From positions 1-57,578 of the forward strand of contig JAHLWP010000026.1 of assembly GCA_019057865.1 (NCBI GenBank): a DNA stretch of 57,578 bases. The letters run 5' to 3'. Position numbers and translations under genes: made by a program. This DNA is from Promethearchaeota archaeon (lineage in GTDB: Archaea > Asgardarchaeota > Lokiarchaeia > Sigyniarchaeales > SOKP01). Below are positions 9,483-19,173 of this stretch, piece after piece. Below the pieces are notes generated by a model, which worked only from the letters and a program-made list of their open reading frames with translations, was not told the DNA's origin and did no database searches. Within the stretch, counting starts at the first letter, position 1, and the number at the start of each line of letters is the position of its first letter.

Positions 9483-11645
9483 GTGAGTATCATTAGTAAT
9501 ATTAGTTGTTCACATTCTTACTGCCAAGCTGATGAGGAAGAATTAGAGGAAGAATCTTTTTTTGAAGAACATTTTTGGTTATTCTTAATTCCTGCTGCTA
9601 TTTTGCTTGGGATCTCTATATTTTTAGAATTTTCTTTTGAATTAGTGCTAATTTCTCAATTACTCGCAATTATATCAATTTGTCTTTCTAGTTCAGGGGT
9701 AGTAAAGGAAGCAGTTGAAGATATTAAAAAAAAAAAAATTACAGCAAACATTTTAATGTTGATTGCTGCCATTGCATCCTTTTTCATATTTCATGGCCAA
9801 GAAGGAGCAACAGCGCTATTATTATATGCAATAGCGGAAAGGTTGGAAGAGATTACAACAGATAAGTCAAGGAATGCGATTAAAGAACTACTTGAACTAG
9901 CACCTGATGAGGCATTATTAAAAACCAATAATGGATACAAGAATATTCCATCAAAAGAAGTTAGAATTGGAGATACTATTGGTATAAAACCTGGAATGAA
10001 AGTACCTCTTGATGGAAATATTATAAAGGGGAGTTCATATTTTGATGAGAGTGCTATAACAGGTGAATCTGTTCCTGTCTTTAAAAAAGAGGGTGATGAA
10101 ATTTTTGCAGCGAGTCTAAATTCAGACTCTTTTGTTGATATTAATGTTATTAGAGAAAGTTCTAATACTATTGTAGCACAAATAGCAGAAAGCATAAAAG
10201 TAGCACAACAAAATAAAAGTAAACATGAGAAGTTTATTGAAAGGTTTGCTAAATATTATACTCCAATCATTATTTTGTCATCAATTCTCGTTATGAGCAT
10301 TCCTCCTCTATTTGGATTAAGTTTTTACGATTGGTTCTATCGTGGGTTAGTTCTTTTAGTAGTCTCTTGTCCATGTGCTTTAACATTATCAACACCATTA
10401 GCAAATATTGCTTCTTTAACTAAGATGGCAAGAGAGGGAATTCTTGTTAAAGGTAACAGATTTATTGAAAAGATTGAAGATATCGAAGTATTTGCCTTTG
10501 ATAAAACTGGTACTCTTACTGAAGGTAATCTAAAAATATTTGATGTTTATGCTTATAATGGTGCCAACAGATCAGATATAATTAGTATTGCAGCCAGTTT
10601 AGAATCTCTTTCAGAACACCCTATTGGTAAAACTATTGTCAAACAAGCAAAAGAAATGAAATTAACTTTTCAATCCGTAGATAATTTTGAAGTGAAAAAA
10701 GGGAAGGGTATAAAAGGGAAGATTAATGGAGAATTATTCTATGTAGGGAGCCATAAATTTATTGAAGAATTGGATTATGAACTGCCTATTGATGATATTA
10801 AAGAAATTGAACATTCAGGTACCATCCCAATTTTATTAGGAAATAAGAAAAATTTACTAGGAATTATAACAATTAGAGATGTTTTAAGAGTTTCGGCTCC
10901 CATTCTTATAGATGGTTTAAAAAGAAGGGGTTATGAAACAGCCTTAATATCTGGTGATAACAAAAACGTATGTAATTCAATTGGAGAATGTTTAGATATA
11001 GATTATACATATGGAGAGCAATTACCAGATCAAAAACTACAAGAAATCCAAAATTTAAAGGAAAAATATAAAGGTGTAGCCATGGTTGGGGATGGAATTA
11101 ATGACGCTCCTGCTTTAGCTCTTTCAGATTTAGGAATTGCTATTGGAGCCTCTGCAACAGATATCACATTGGAAACAGCAGATATAATTATAATTAATGA
11201 TGATCTAAAAAAAATTCTTACATACATAGACTTATCCAAGAAGACTAATAAAAAAATTAAACAAAATATCTGGACTTCAATAATAGTAAAAGTGTCTTTC
11301 GCAGTATTAACTGTTATTGGATTAATGACCCTTTGGTTAGCGGTGGGAATTTCAGACATGGGACTATCTCTGGCGATTCTATTAAACAGTTTAGTAATTT
11401 TAAAATATAAATTTTTATATAAAGAAGTTTCGACAGAAAATTTGGAAAGTGAAGCAAGATCGATTATTTGTAAGAATTGTGAGACGAAAGACATTATTCC
11501 ACAGCACCATGGTAGAGACATGGTTAAGAAAGGAGATAAGTTAGTTTGCTGGAAAAATATTTTAAGTAGTGAAGAACTGGAATCCTGCGAAGAAGAATTA
11601 CCACTTCATTGTCCTTACTGTCACAATAAATTAGAATTAAAATAA
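9483..11645 (+). CDS. cadA: Heavy-metal P1B-type ATPase, Zn/Cd (P1B-2) type
   Basis: TGES, SCPC, DKTGTLT, SEHP, GDGINDAP; Lys in TM7 and DxG in TM8; Cys/His-rich C-terminus. Confidence 0.9.
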   Translation: MSIISNISCSHSYCQADEEELEEESFFEEHFWLFLIPAAILLGISIFLEFSFELVLISQLLAIISICLSSSGVVKEAVEDIKKKKITANILMLIAAIASFFIFHGQEGATALLLYAIAERLEEITTDKSRNAIKELLELAPDEALLKTNNGYKNIPSKEVRIGDTIGIKPGMKVPLDGNIIKGSSYFDESAITGESVPVFKKEGDEIFAASLNSDSFVDINVIRESSNTIVAQIAESIKVAQQNKSKHEKFIERFAKYYTPIIILSSILVMSIPPLFGLSFYDWFYRGLVLLVVSCPCALTLSTPLANIASLTKMAREGILVKGNRFIEKIEDIEVFAFDKTGTLTEGNLKIFDVYAYNGANRSDIISIAASLESLSEHPIGKTIVKQAKEMKLTFQSVDNFEVKKGKGIKGKINGELFYVGSHKFIEELDYELPIDDIKEIEHSGTIPILLGNKKNLLGIITIRDVLRVSAPILIDGLKRRGYETALISGDNKNVCNSIGECLDIDYTYGEQLPDQKLQEIQNLKEKYKGVAMVGDGINDAPALALSDLGIAIGASATDITLETADIIIINDDLKKILTYIDLSKKTNKKIKQNIWTSIIVKVSFAVLTVIGLMTLWLAVGISDMGLSLAILLNSLVILKYKFLYKEVSTENLESEARSIICKNCETKDIIPQHHGRDMVKKGDKLVCWKNILSSEELESCEEELPLHCPYCHNKLELK

Positions 11646-11707
11646 TATAATAGAATTATAGAGTTTTGTTTTTCATTTTATGTTTGATTAGAAATTAAGA
11701 TTATAAA

Positions 11708-13588
11708 TTATTCACCAATTAATTCTTTAAATTCTTTTGAGTCTCTAATATTATCAAATCTATCATCTAATAATGCCCTCTCAATATACTTTTTATCAAG
11801 CTCTATTACTTTCGTTAATAATTCCAAAGCTTTTACTTGATTATTTCTTAGCGATTCAAGACAAGCAATATTAAATAATAACTCAACATTCGTAGGATCG
11901 CATTTTAATGCTTTATTAAGATATTTTTCAGCTTTTTCAAGATTTTTTAAGATCATATACAAATTCCCAAGATTATTCTGCACCTCAACAAGATTGTCTG
12001 AATAGGTTTTGAAGTCCTCTTTTGCAAAAATTTTAAAGATTTTTAATGCTCCAAGGTACATTGTCTCTGCATCCTCAAATTTTTGTAATCTAACGTAAAC
12101 ATTTCCAAGGCAATTGTTTATAATGGCAACATTATGATAATATATTTCTGGATTTTGTTCTGCTAATTGTTTAGAGATTTTTAACGCCTTATTGTACATT
12201 GGCTCTGCCTTTTCAAATTTATTTAAGTTAGCATATAGATCTCCGAGGTCTATTAATGTAAGGGTTAGACTGGGTAAAACTTGACCCGGATTTTTTTCAG
12301 CTAATTTTCTTTTAATTTTTAATGCTTCAAGGTGCATCTGTTCCGCCTTTTCAAATTCCGTTAATTCGCTATATATGATTCCAAGATTACTCTGAGTTGT
12401 AGCAACGTCATTTAAATACATATCATAACACACTTTAGCTAAAGCTTTATAACTATCTATAGAATCAATGGTTCCATCTTTTATATCCTCAAATAAACTT
12501 AAATCAACACCAACATTTCCAAAATAATTTGAAATTGCGGTTTCATTAGGAAAATATAGATCATAATATTGATTTACTAACTTGCTGTAAGTTTTTAGGA
12601 CATCAAGGTATGACTTATCCTGATCTTTTGATTCATCTTCATCAATATACATGTCTACAAGATCACTTTGAGTTAAGTCAAGATCGGGAGTATAAACATC
12701 ATAATATTGTTTCTCTAACTCTTTATAAACCTTTAAAGCATCAAGATATATCTTTTCCGCCTCTTCAAACCGTTTTAAATCTATATACAGAGTCCCAAGG
12801 TTTTTCTGAGTTGCAGCAACATATGGTAAATATATTCTATAATATTGTTTCGCCAATTTCTTATAAGTATTTAAAGCATCTCTGTATATTCTCTCCGCAT
12901 TCTCAGTCATTCCTATAACAGAAAACATATCTCCAAGCACTATAAGAATTGGTGCCTTATATTTATCTCCAAGTATAATTAATTCTCCCGCGACATCAAT
13001 TAATCTTTTATATTTATAATCAAATTGTTCTATTAAATTCACGATTGCGAAAAATTCATTAACCAAATCCTCCGTTGGATTTAATTTTACCTTATGAAAA
13101 AGAAGCTCAATATCATCATTAAGGTTTTCTCCATATTTTTTTCTCTTTCTTTCATAATAACTTATAGCTTTTTCATGACATTTTTCATCTGTCATGATTT
13201 CTAAAACTCCTTGAATTTGTTGAAATGAGAATTCGTATATCTCTTTTTTGCCTTTTTTTATTTTTATTATTCCTACATCCAATAATTCATCGAAAGCTTT
13301 CTCTATATTCGGCAATTTATAGCTGGTTTCAATGCATTTTCTATCAATGTTGGTATCTACTTCTGTGTTTAGCACAATCAAATTTTTAAGCAATTCTAAA
13401 GCTTCTGGATTTGAATAAAGAATTTGTTCAATAACCTGCTTATAAAAATTCTCTACTTGTGTTTTACGAAAAGTCTTCAATTTGTCAAAGTTTATTCTTT
13501 GATAATTTTTTTCAATTAACTTTTTCAAGCCAGAATGCTCCTTAGGGAGTTTCTTAATTAATTCCCTTACCTTATTTGGCAAATTCAA
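11708..13588 (-). CDS. Tetratricopeptide repeat protein
   Basis: Repeated A.T.NNLG.LY..L..FE.AE..Y..AL motifs; final YN.ACL-type TPR (FNIACLES). Confidence 0.85.
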   Translation of the reverse strand: MNLPNKVRELIKKLPKEHSGLKKLIEKNYQRINFDKLKTFRKTQVENFYKQVIEQILYSNPEALELLKNLIVLNTEVDTNIDRKCIETSYKLPNIEKAFDELLDVGIIKIKKGKKEIYEFSFQQIQGVLEIMTDEKCHEKAISYYERKRKKYGENLNDDIELLFHKVKLNPTEDLVNEFFAIVNLIEQFDYKYKRLIDVAGELIILGDKYKAPILIVLGDMFSVIGMTENAERIYRDALNTYKKLAKQYYRIYLPYVAATQKNLGTLYIDLKRFEEAEKIYLDALKVYKELEKQYYDVYTPDLDLTQSDLVDMYIDEDESKDQDKSYLDVLKTYSKLVNQYYDLYFPNETAISNYFGNVGVDLSLFEDIKDGTIDSIDSYKALAKVCYDMYLNDVATTQSNLGIIYSELTEFEKAEQMHLEALKIKRKLAEKNPGQVLPSLTLTLIDLGDLYANLNKFEKAEPMYNKALKISKQLAEQNPEIYYHNVAIINNCLGNVYVRLQKFEDAETMYLGALKIFKIFAKEDFKTYSDNLVEVQNNLGNLYMILKNLEKAEKYLNKALKCDPTNVELLFNIACLESLRNNQVKALELLTKVIELDKKYIERALLDDRFDNIRDSKEFKELIGE

Positions 13589-13791
13589 CTTAAATTCACT
13601 TCTTCTTCTAATTATTAATGTTGAATTTCACACATTAATATTTAAATTTACTTGATCAAGAAAAATTAGAATTTAAATATGTCTTTATTGTTCATATTAT
13701 AAAGATACACTTGAGTACTAAATAGTAAATTAATTTATAGTTTTGAAATTTATTTTATTATATCACAGTATTTTAGGTATTAAAATATTTT

Positions 13792-13876
13792 GCGGGAATT
13801 GCCAAGTTTGGTCAAAGGCGCTGGACTCAGAATCCAGTCTCGAAGGAGTTCGGGAGTTCGAATCTCCCTTCCCGCA
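13792..13876 (+). tRNA. tRNA-Leu (anticodon CAG), intronless, CCA not encoded
   Basis: Acceptor GCGGGAA/TTCCCGC, anticodon arm CTGGA-CTCAGAA-TCCAG, long variable arm, T arm GGGAG-TTCGAAT-CTCCC, discriminator A. Confidence 0.95.
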
Positions 13877-14011
13877 TCACTTGTTATTTTAACTAAAAAT
13901 CTAATTAAAACTTGCGTAATAATAAAGAAATTTATTTTAATAATCTAAATAATATTAAATTATTATAACTAAATAGTAATGTAATAAATTAATCAATCAT
14001 TTAATACTATT

Positions 14012-14752
14012 ATGTCGGATAAACAACCACCATCAGAAGAAAATGAAGAAGAAAAAGAAAGAAAGGAACCAAAAGAGGAACTCCCAGAGGAAATAAGAAA
14101 ACCAATGGTAATTTTTCAATTTAATGACCAATTAGGGGAATTTGAAGAACTAGAAATTGAACCAGATATTGAATTAGTTGAATTGTTAGATCCTGATTTT
14201 GTATTGCTATTTGTTGATCCAAAGCATTTCCGTGTATGGATTTGGCATGGGAGTAATACTACAACGAGAATGAAATTTATTGCTGCAAAAATTGCTCATA
14301 CAATTAGAGATAGATATGGTATTGGATTTATAATAACTGCTGTAGATGAGGGTAATGAAACTCTAGGCTTCAAAGTAATAATGGGATTAGAAAAAGAAAT
14401 TGATTATGCAGAAGCGCAAACGGGACCTGCCTACGAAGGAACTGAGGAAGATCTTGAACTGCTTAAATCTTTATCACGAGAGAAAATTTTGCTATTGTTA
14501 GAAAAAGCAGGTGTACCTGAAGGATATGAAAGAAAAATGGTAATAGTTAAAAATAAAGTTTTTGGATACAGGGAATATGATAGGAATTATCTAGGATCTG
14601 TTATTAAAGAAAAGCAGCTTTTTCCATTAAGAGAAGAAGTCGCTGATGGTCCATATTTGGCAGATAATTATATCCCAAGAATGCTATTCTCTTACAATAA
14701 CGTTGTTTTAACAGAACTTTTACAAAAAGTAGATGATGACCAGAATAGCTAA
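14012..14752 (+). CDS. Single gelsolin/villin-domain protein with an additional C-terminal domain
   Basis: LLDPDFVLLFVD...VWIWHGS.TT..MKF.A...VDEGNE...F fits the gelsolin repeat consensus. Confidence 0.8.
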   Translation: MSDKQPPSEENEEEKERKEPKEELPEEIRKPMVIFQFNDQLGEFEELEIEPDIELVELLDPDFVLLFVDPKHFRVWIWHGSNTTTRMKFIAAKIAHTIRDRYGIGFIITAVDEGNETLGFKVIMGLEKEIDYAEAQTGPAYEGTEEDLELLKSLSREKILLLLEKAGVPEGYERKMVIVKNKVFGYREYDRNYLGSVIKEKQLFPLREEVADGPYLADNYIPRMLFSYNNVVLTELLQKVDDDQNS

Positions 14753-14930
14753 ATCATTAATCTTTTCAACCATAACTTTTTCTTGAAATAAGATTATAAC
14801 AGAAATTATAAAATTCAAAGGCTTTTATCTAAATTAGTGCAAATAATTAATACTACATATCTAAATATATACTCTATATAGAAATAATTATAAGGATTAC
14901 ATAAAAAACTAGAAATTATTGTCCACTTTT

Positions 14931-15143
14931 TTATTCTCTTGAGTATTTCTCGATTATATAGTTCTGTAAGGACCAAGCATATTTTTCAAGGTTGAGAATT
15001 AAAATTTTTTGCTGGACTTCACGCAAATAAGAAACGTCTAATTTTTTAAATTGGGATTTTAATTCATCTATAGTCTCAAAGATTTTTACAATAATCTGCC
15101 AATCATTACGCCATTCTATATCTTGAGATCCTAATTGTTCCAT
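14931..15143 (-). CDS. Small helical hypothetical protein
   Basis: Isolated 70-aa ORF with ATG, amphipathic helices, clean intergenic flanks. Confidence 0.6.
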   Translation of the reverse strand: MEQLGSQDIEWRNDWQIIVKIFETIDELKSQFKKLDVSYLREVQQKILILNLEKYAWSLQNYIIEKYSRE

Positions 15144-15302
15144 CTTTATACAATTTTAAATTTAATTTAACACAATATAATGTGTTTTCTGAGATAGTTC
15201 ATAGAAACTTATATTTATAAACTTTTAGATACAAAAGAATTAATGATTAGTAAAAAAAAGGAAATTTGAAATTTTAAAACAATTATAAATATATAATTGA
15301 TA

Positions 15303-15935
15303 TTACTTTGTAGATATTACAACAGTCTCAGATGCATTTTGCATAATCCTTAATCTTTTTTCAGGTTCACCTGAATTCTTAATAATTCCAATTATAAAAT
15401 CTATTATTAGAAAACCACCACCTTTCAAAAGATTATTAAGAGCATATTTTCCTGTTGTTGTTGGTCCAAAAGTTTTTTCATCCACAGTTCTTAGGTTTAA
15501 TGCTAATTTTCCTAAGGTCTGACCATCGTTGTAAGTCTCCATGAGCCAGAAGTATAAAAAACCAATTAACCAGTCGAAAGGAAAGGTATACCACCATTCT
15601 CCAATTCTAAAAGGATGATATACGTAGTATGGTAGGAAAATTAAAAATGAAATCACCCAGCTTATTATACTAATGATTATCCCATCAATAATAATAGCTC
15701 CAAATCTAGGCCAAAAATCTCCGTATACTACATCTGAAGGTACAATTTTTTCAGCAGTTTGAACAGGTTGTTTTTGAGGAACTTCAGTCTTAACAGCAGG
15801 AGTAACTTCTGAAACTTCTTTCCTAGATTTTAAATCTGCTCCACATGTATCACAAAATTGAGAATCTGTTTCTAATTTATTCCCACATTTAGGACAATAT
15901 TTTAGCGACACTTTATATTCACCATTTTTTTTCAA
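15303..15935 (-). CDS. RDD family membrane protein with N-terminal zinc ribbon
   Basis: CPKCG..CDTCG; FWPRFGAIIID; GQTLGKLALNLRTV. Confidence 0.85.
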   Translation of the reverse strand: MKKNGEYKVSLKYCPKCGNKLETDSQFCDTCGADLKSRKEVSEVTPAVKTEVPQKQPVQTAEKIVPSDVVYGDFWPRFGAIIIDGIIISIISWVISFLIFLPYYVYHPFRIGEWWYTFPFDWLIGFLYFWLMETYNDGQTLGKLALNLRTVDEKTFGPTTTGKYALNNLLKGGGFLIIDFIIGIIKNSGEPEKRLRIMQNASETVVISTK

Positions 15936-16092
15936 AAGAATTACATACTTGTAAATTTTTAATATGCAGTTTATATAAGTCTTTTGGAGTCTATTTTTAA
16001 TATATTTCTCTTATAAAAAATAAATAATATAAAAAATATTAAATTTGAGAAAGAATTAAAGAGAATCAAAATTAGAGAGAACTATTTAAATT

Positions 16093-17202
16093 TTATAGAT
16101 AATTCTGGTAATATTTTTCAATAAGTCTACTAGTTTCGTTAAAATCTGAAATATTAATTAATTTATTTAAGTCTTGGATTTCAGTTAATTCATCATGATA
16201 TTTGATTTTAAATTCTTTCGTAAAATCATTTATAACATTCTCTAATATGGCATTTTTGCGATTTGTAGCAACAACAACCGCAAATCCTAAATCATCATAA
16301 TTAACTACTATATCTGTATTTATAGTTTGAAGCACATCGATCTGGCTAGATTTCTCTGTAAACTCGGAGAGTATATGATTTAATCCAATAAGTATATTTC
16401 CCCATATTTTTGAATCAGCTTCGCTATCTGAATTCATAAAATTATAAGAGTATAATAAAACGCCTGACTTATGATATATGTTTACAAAAAATATCTTATT
16501 AGTAACAACCATAAACGTTTTGGGTGCTTTAATTATAATAAAACAACCAAAATTGAAACCAATCCATGCAAAAAATATAAACAAGCTTCTAAAAACTGTT
16601 AATTCAAAAAAGATATAAAGGATTGACATTAAAATAGGAATATACAGGAAGATTGCTGAAATATTTAGAAAAAGGCTTATCCTTTTGTTTCTTGCTCTAT
16701 TAAATATTATAATATTAATATAACAATAATATATCATCATGCTGATTTGAAAGATGATAAAATGCAATCCAAATAGAAAACCAAATGAATATTCAACTAT
16801 ATTATTATTAATTTCTATAACAATTGAATCTGGTGAAAGGATATTCCCGATAAGTAACCCAAAAATGATTGTGAAAATCAAATAGGGAAAAATTGGGATC
16901 TTCTTGTAATCTTTTATAAAACTATAAAATAGGGAAAGTTGAATTAGAATGATTAAGTAAGATATTATAGAGATCTTCCAAAGTAATAGGTTAATTAGCT
17001 CAGAAATATAGAAAATAACAGATAGTAAAAATAGAGTTGAATGTATTACTCCAAAATTAACAATTGTTAATAGAATTAATATTTCCATTAACTTTGTGCC
17101 ATATTTATCGTAATTCCGGATAAGATAATAAATGGTAAAAGTACTCATAAATAACGAGAAAACGTATCCAATCATTATAAAAAATAATAAAATTAAATTC
17201 AT
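16093..17202 (-). CDS. Seven-TM membrane protein with C-terminal longin-like domain
   Basis: Seven hydrophobic segments, then IYHKSGVLLYSYNF...ILIGLNHILSE...FAVVVAT...FTKEFK..Y...F. Confidence 0.7.
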   Translation of the reverse strand: MNLILLFFIMIGYVFSLFMSTFTIYYLIRNYDKYGTKLMEILILLTIVNFGVIHSTLFLLSVIFYISELINLLLWKISIISYLIILIQLSLFYSFIKDYKKIPIFPYLIFTIIFGLLIGNILSPDSIVIEINNNIVEYSFGFLFGLHFIIFQISMMIYYCYINIIIFNRARNKRISLFLNISAIFLYIPILMSILYIFFELTVFRSLFIFFAWIGFNFGCFIIIKAPKTFMVVTNKIFFVNIYHKSGVLLYSYNFMNSDSEADSKIWGNILIGLNHILSEFTEKSSQIDVLQTINTDIVVNYDDLGFAVVVATNRKNAILENVINDFTKEFKIKYHDELTEIQDLNKLINISDFNETSRLIEKYYQNYL

Positions 17203-17340
17203 AATTATGGAAAATCGCCTGATATTATACCTAATATATTATTCAATTTGAGATTTCAATTAAGTTCTAAATACAATCCAAATTTCTCTTTAAATGAAGA
17301 AACAATATTCATTTATAAGATTTTTTCTTTAAAATTAAAA

Positions 17341-18450
17341 TTAGTTCTTAATTATATAAGGAGCGAATATCTCATTTATAATAAGTTTTGTATCCTTGAA
17401 CTCAGAAATATCTATTAATTGCCTAAAATCTTTTATTTTCATTAATGATTCCTTAAAGATTTCATTGAATTTTAACATAAATTGTTGTACTGATTTTTCA
17501 ATTATATAATTTTTATGTTTTGCCACCATTAGAAGTGCATAACCAAATTCACTATCATATTCGAGAATAATATCTTTCTCCTTCATTTTAACCACGCTTA
17601 GTTTATCTTTCTTATCAATAATGTTATTTAGAATATGACTAATCCCAATTAGAATACTCCCTTTTAGAACAGATTCTTCTGTCTCTTTATCGGCTTCAAA
17701 ATCAAAAGAATACAAAAGAATTCCTGATCTATGAAAAATGATAAAATCATAAATCTTATTAGTAATTACTACAAATAAATCAGGTTTTTTAATAATCATA
17801 AAAAGCAAATAAGAAGAAAAAATAAGATAAACTGATAGAAATAAGACCCTTATCAATACATATTGAATAATTAAATACATAGCATAAAGACCATTATTAA
17901 TACAGAATAATATAGAGAGACGATTAAAAAATTGTGCTAATTTCTTATCACTAATATTAGGATAACCCTTTATTTCAATATAAACAGTTAACATACTTAC
18001 TAAGATAATGAAAATAATAAAAATAACAAAAAATGCAATATTATGAAATATATAATTAGAATAAAATTCAGATTCTTTAATTTCAAAAACCTTTTCTAAG
18101 TATAATAAACTAATTATTATTCCTCCTAATAACGAATAAAGAAAACCTATAAAAATTCTGGTCCTTTTCTTCAGTAAAATATAACTGTGAATTGTACTCA
18201 TCATACTCAGCTTAAAAATCATTAATATAATAGAGAGATTCCATAAATAAAGAGCTACATTCTCATTAAAAACAAGTTCAGTTGATAAATTGAATGAAAT
18301 GATATAACTAATATCAATGAAATAGTATGCAAAAGTCATTATAGAAAAAATAAAATGGTTAAAATATATCCCTCTGTGCAAAATAACATAAAGAATTACA
18401 GGAATAGAAATGGAAATTGAAATTATAATATAAGTTATACTTACAATCAT
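17341..18450 (-). CDS. Seven-TM membrane protein with C-terminal longin-like domain (paralog of 16093..17202)
   Basis: Same length (369 aa) and layout; shared TNKI..F.I.H.SG.LLYS..F and ILIG..HIL motifs. Confidence 0.7.
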   Translation of the reverse strand: MIVSITYIIISISISIPVILYVILHRGIYFNHFIFSIMTFAYYFIDISYIISFNLSTELVFNENVALYLWNLSIILMIFKLSMMSTIHSYILLKKRTRIFIGFLYSLLGGIIISLLYLEKVFEIKESEFYSNYIFHNIAFFVIFIIFIILVSMLTVYIEIKGYPNISDKKLAQFFNRLSILFCINNGLYAMYLIIQYVLIRVLFLSVYLIFSSYLLFMIIKKPDLFVVITNKIYDFIIFHRSGILLYSFDFEADKETEESVLKGSILIGISHILNNIIDKKDKLSVVKMKEKDIILEYDSEFGYALLMVAKHKNYIIEKSVQQFMLKFNEIFKESLMKIKDFRQLIDISEFKDTKLIINEIFAPYIIKN

Positions 18451-18578
18451 TGGTTTATATTAAAATATAATTAATGAACTCCTAAGATAATAAAGATTCA
18501 TATAATATAATAATATATAAATGTTGGTTTGATTATAAATTCAAATCCTATAAATTTTTATTAATTATTTGATCTCTG

Positions 18579-19085
18579 TTAACTTTTTTTTTTTCTAATA
18601 TAGCCTTTTAACCACCCTATTCTTCTTGTTTTTATTGAATCAAATTGAGGGACATAAGGTTTTATATCTAATACAGGTGTTTTATCTAGGATGTCAATAT
18701 AATTCACTTGTATGATATTTCCTTTTATTCTCAATATTTCCAATATCGATAATCCAATTGGATTGGGGCGAAAAGGAGTTCGAATAGAAAAAATTCCTTT
18801 TATCTCATCTTTTAAAAATGGTTTTAATTGAAGCGGAACAGGTAATTTTACCATATCAAAATAATATAAACAAAAAATGTGCGAAAATCCTTCTAAATCT
18901 TTTAATGCAGGCTTAAATTTTGGAAATATTTCAATGTTTCCTTTAATATCTGACATCAATGATTGGATTGGAATGCCTTTAAAAGTTTTAAAAGGAGAGT
19001 GAATTATTCCTATTGGCTCAAAACAAATTTTTTCTGGAAATTTACGTTCTTTAAAATTATAAATTTCTCTTTTTGTTATTTCCAT
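18579..19085 (-). CDS. tsaA: tRNA m6t6A37 methyltransferase TrmO/TsaA
   Basis: PIGIIHSPF, LEGFSH, GIFSIRTPFRPNPIGLS, TPVLDIKPY. Confidence 0.9.
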   Translation of the reverse strand: MEITKREIYNFKERKFPEKICFEPIGIIHSPFKTFKGIPIQSLMSDIKGNIEIFPKFKPALKDLEGFSHIFCLYYFDMVKLPVPLQLKPFLKDEIKGIFSIRTPFRPNPIGLSILEILRIKGNIIQVNYIDILDKTPVLDIKPYVPQFDSIKTRRIGWLKGYIRKKKS

Positions 19086-19173
19086 ATATTTATTAATGTT
19101 CTTTTGTAAAAATTTTTATTTATTAAAAAGCAAATAAAAACAGTGAAATTAATCTTCAACAATGTTAGAATAA

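Noticed and set aside
13792-13876. tRNA-Leu as an integration site
   Set aside because: No duplicated tRNA 3' end or integrase seen in the window
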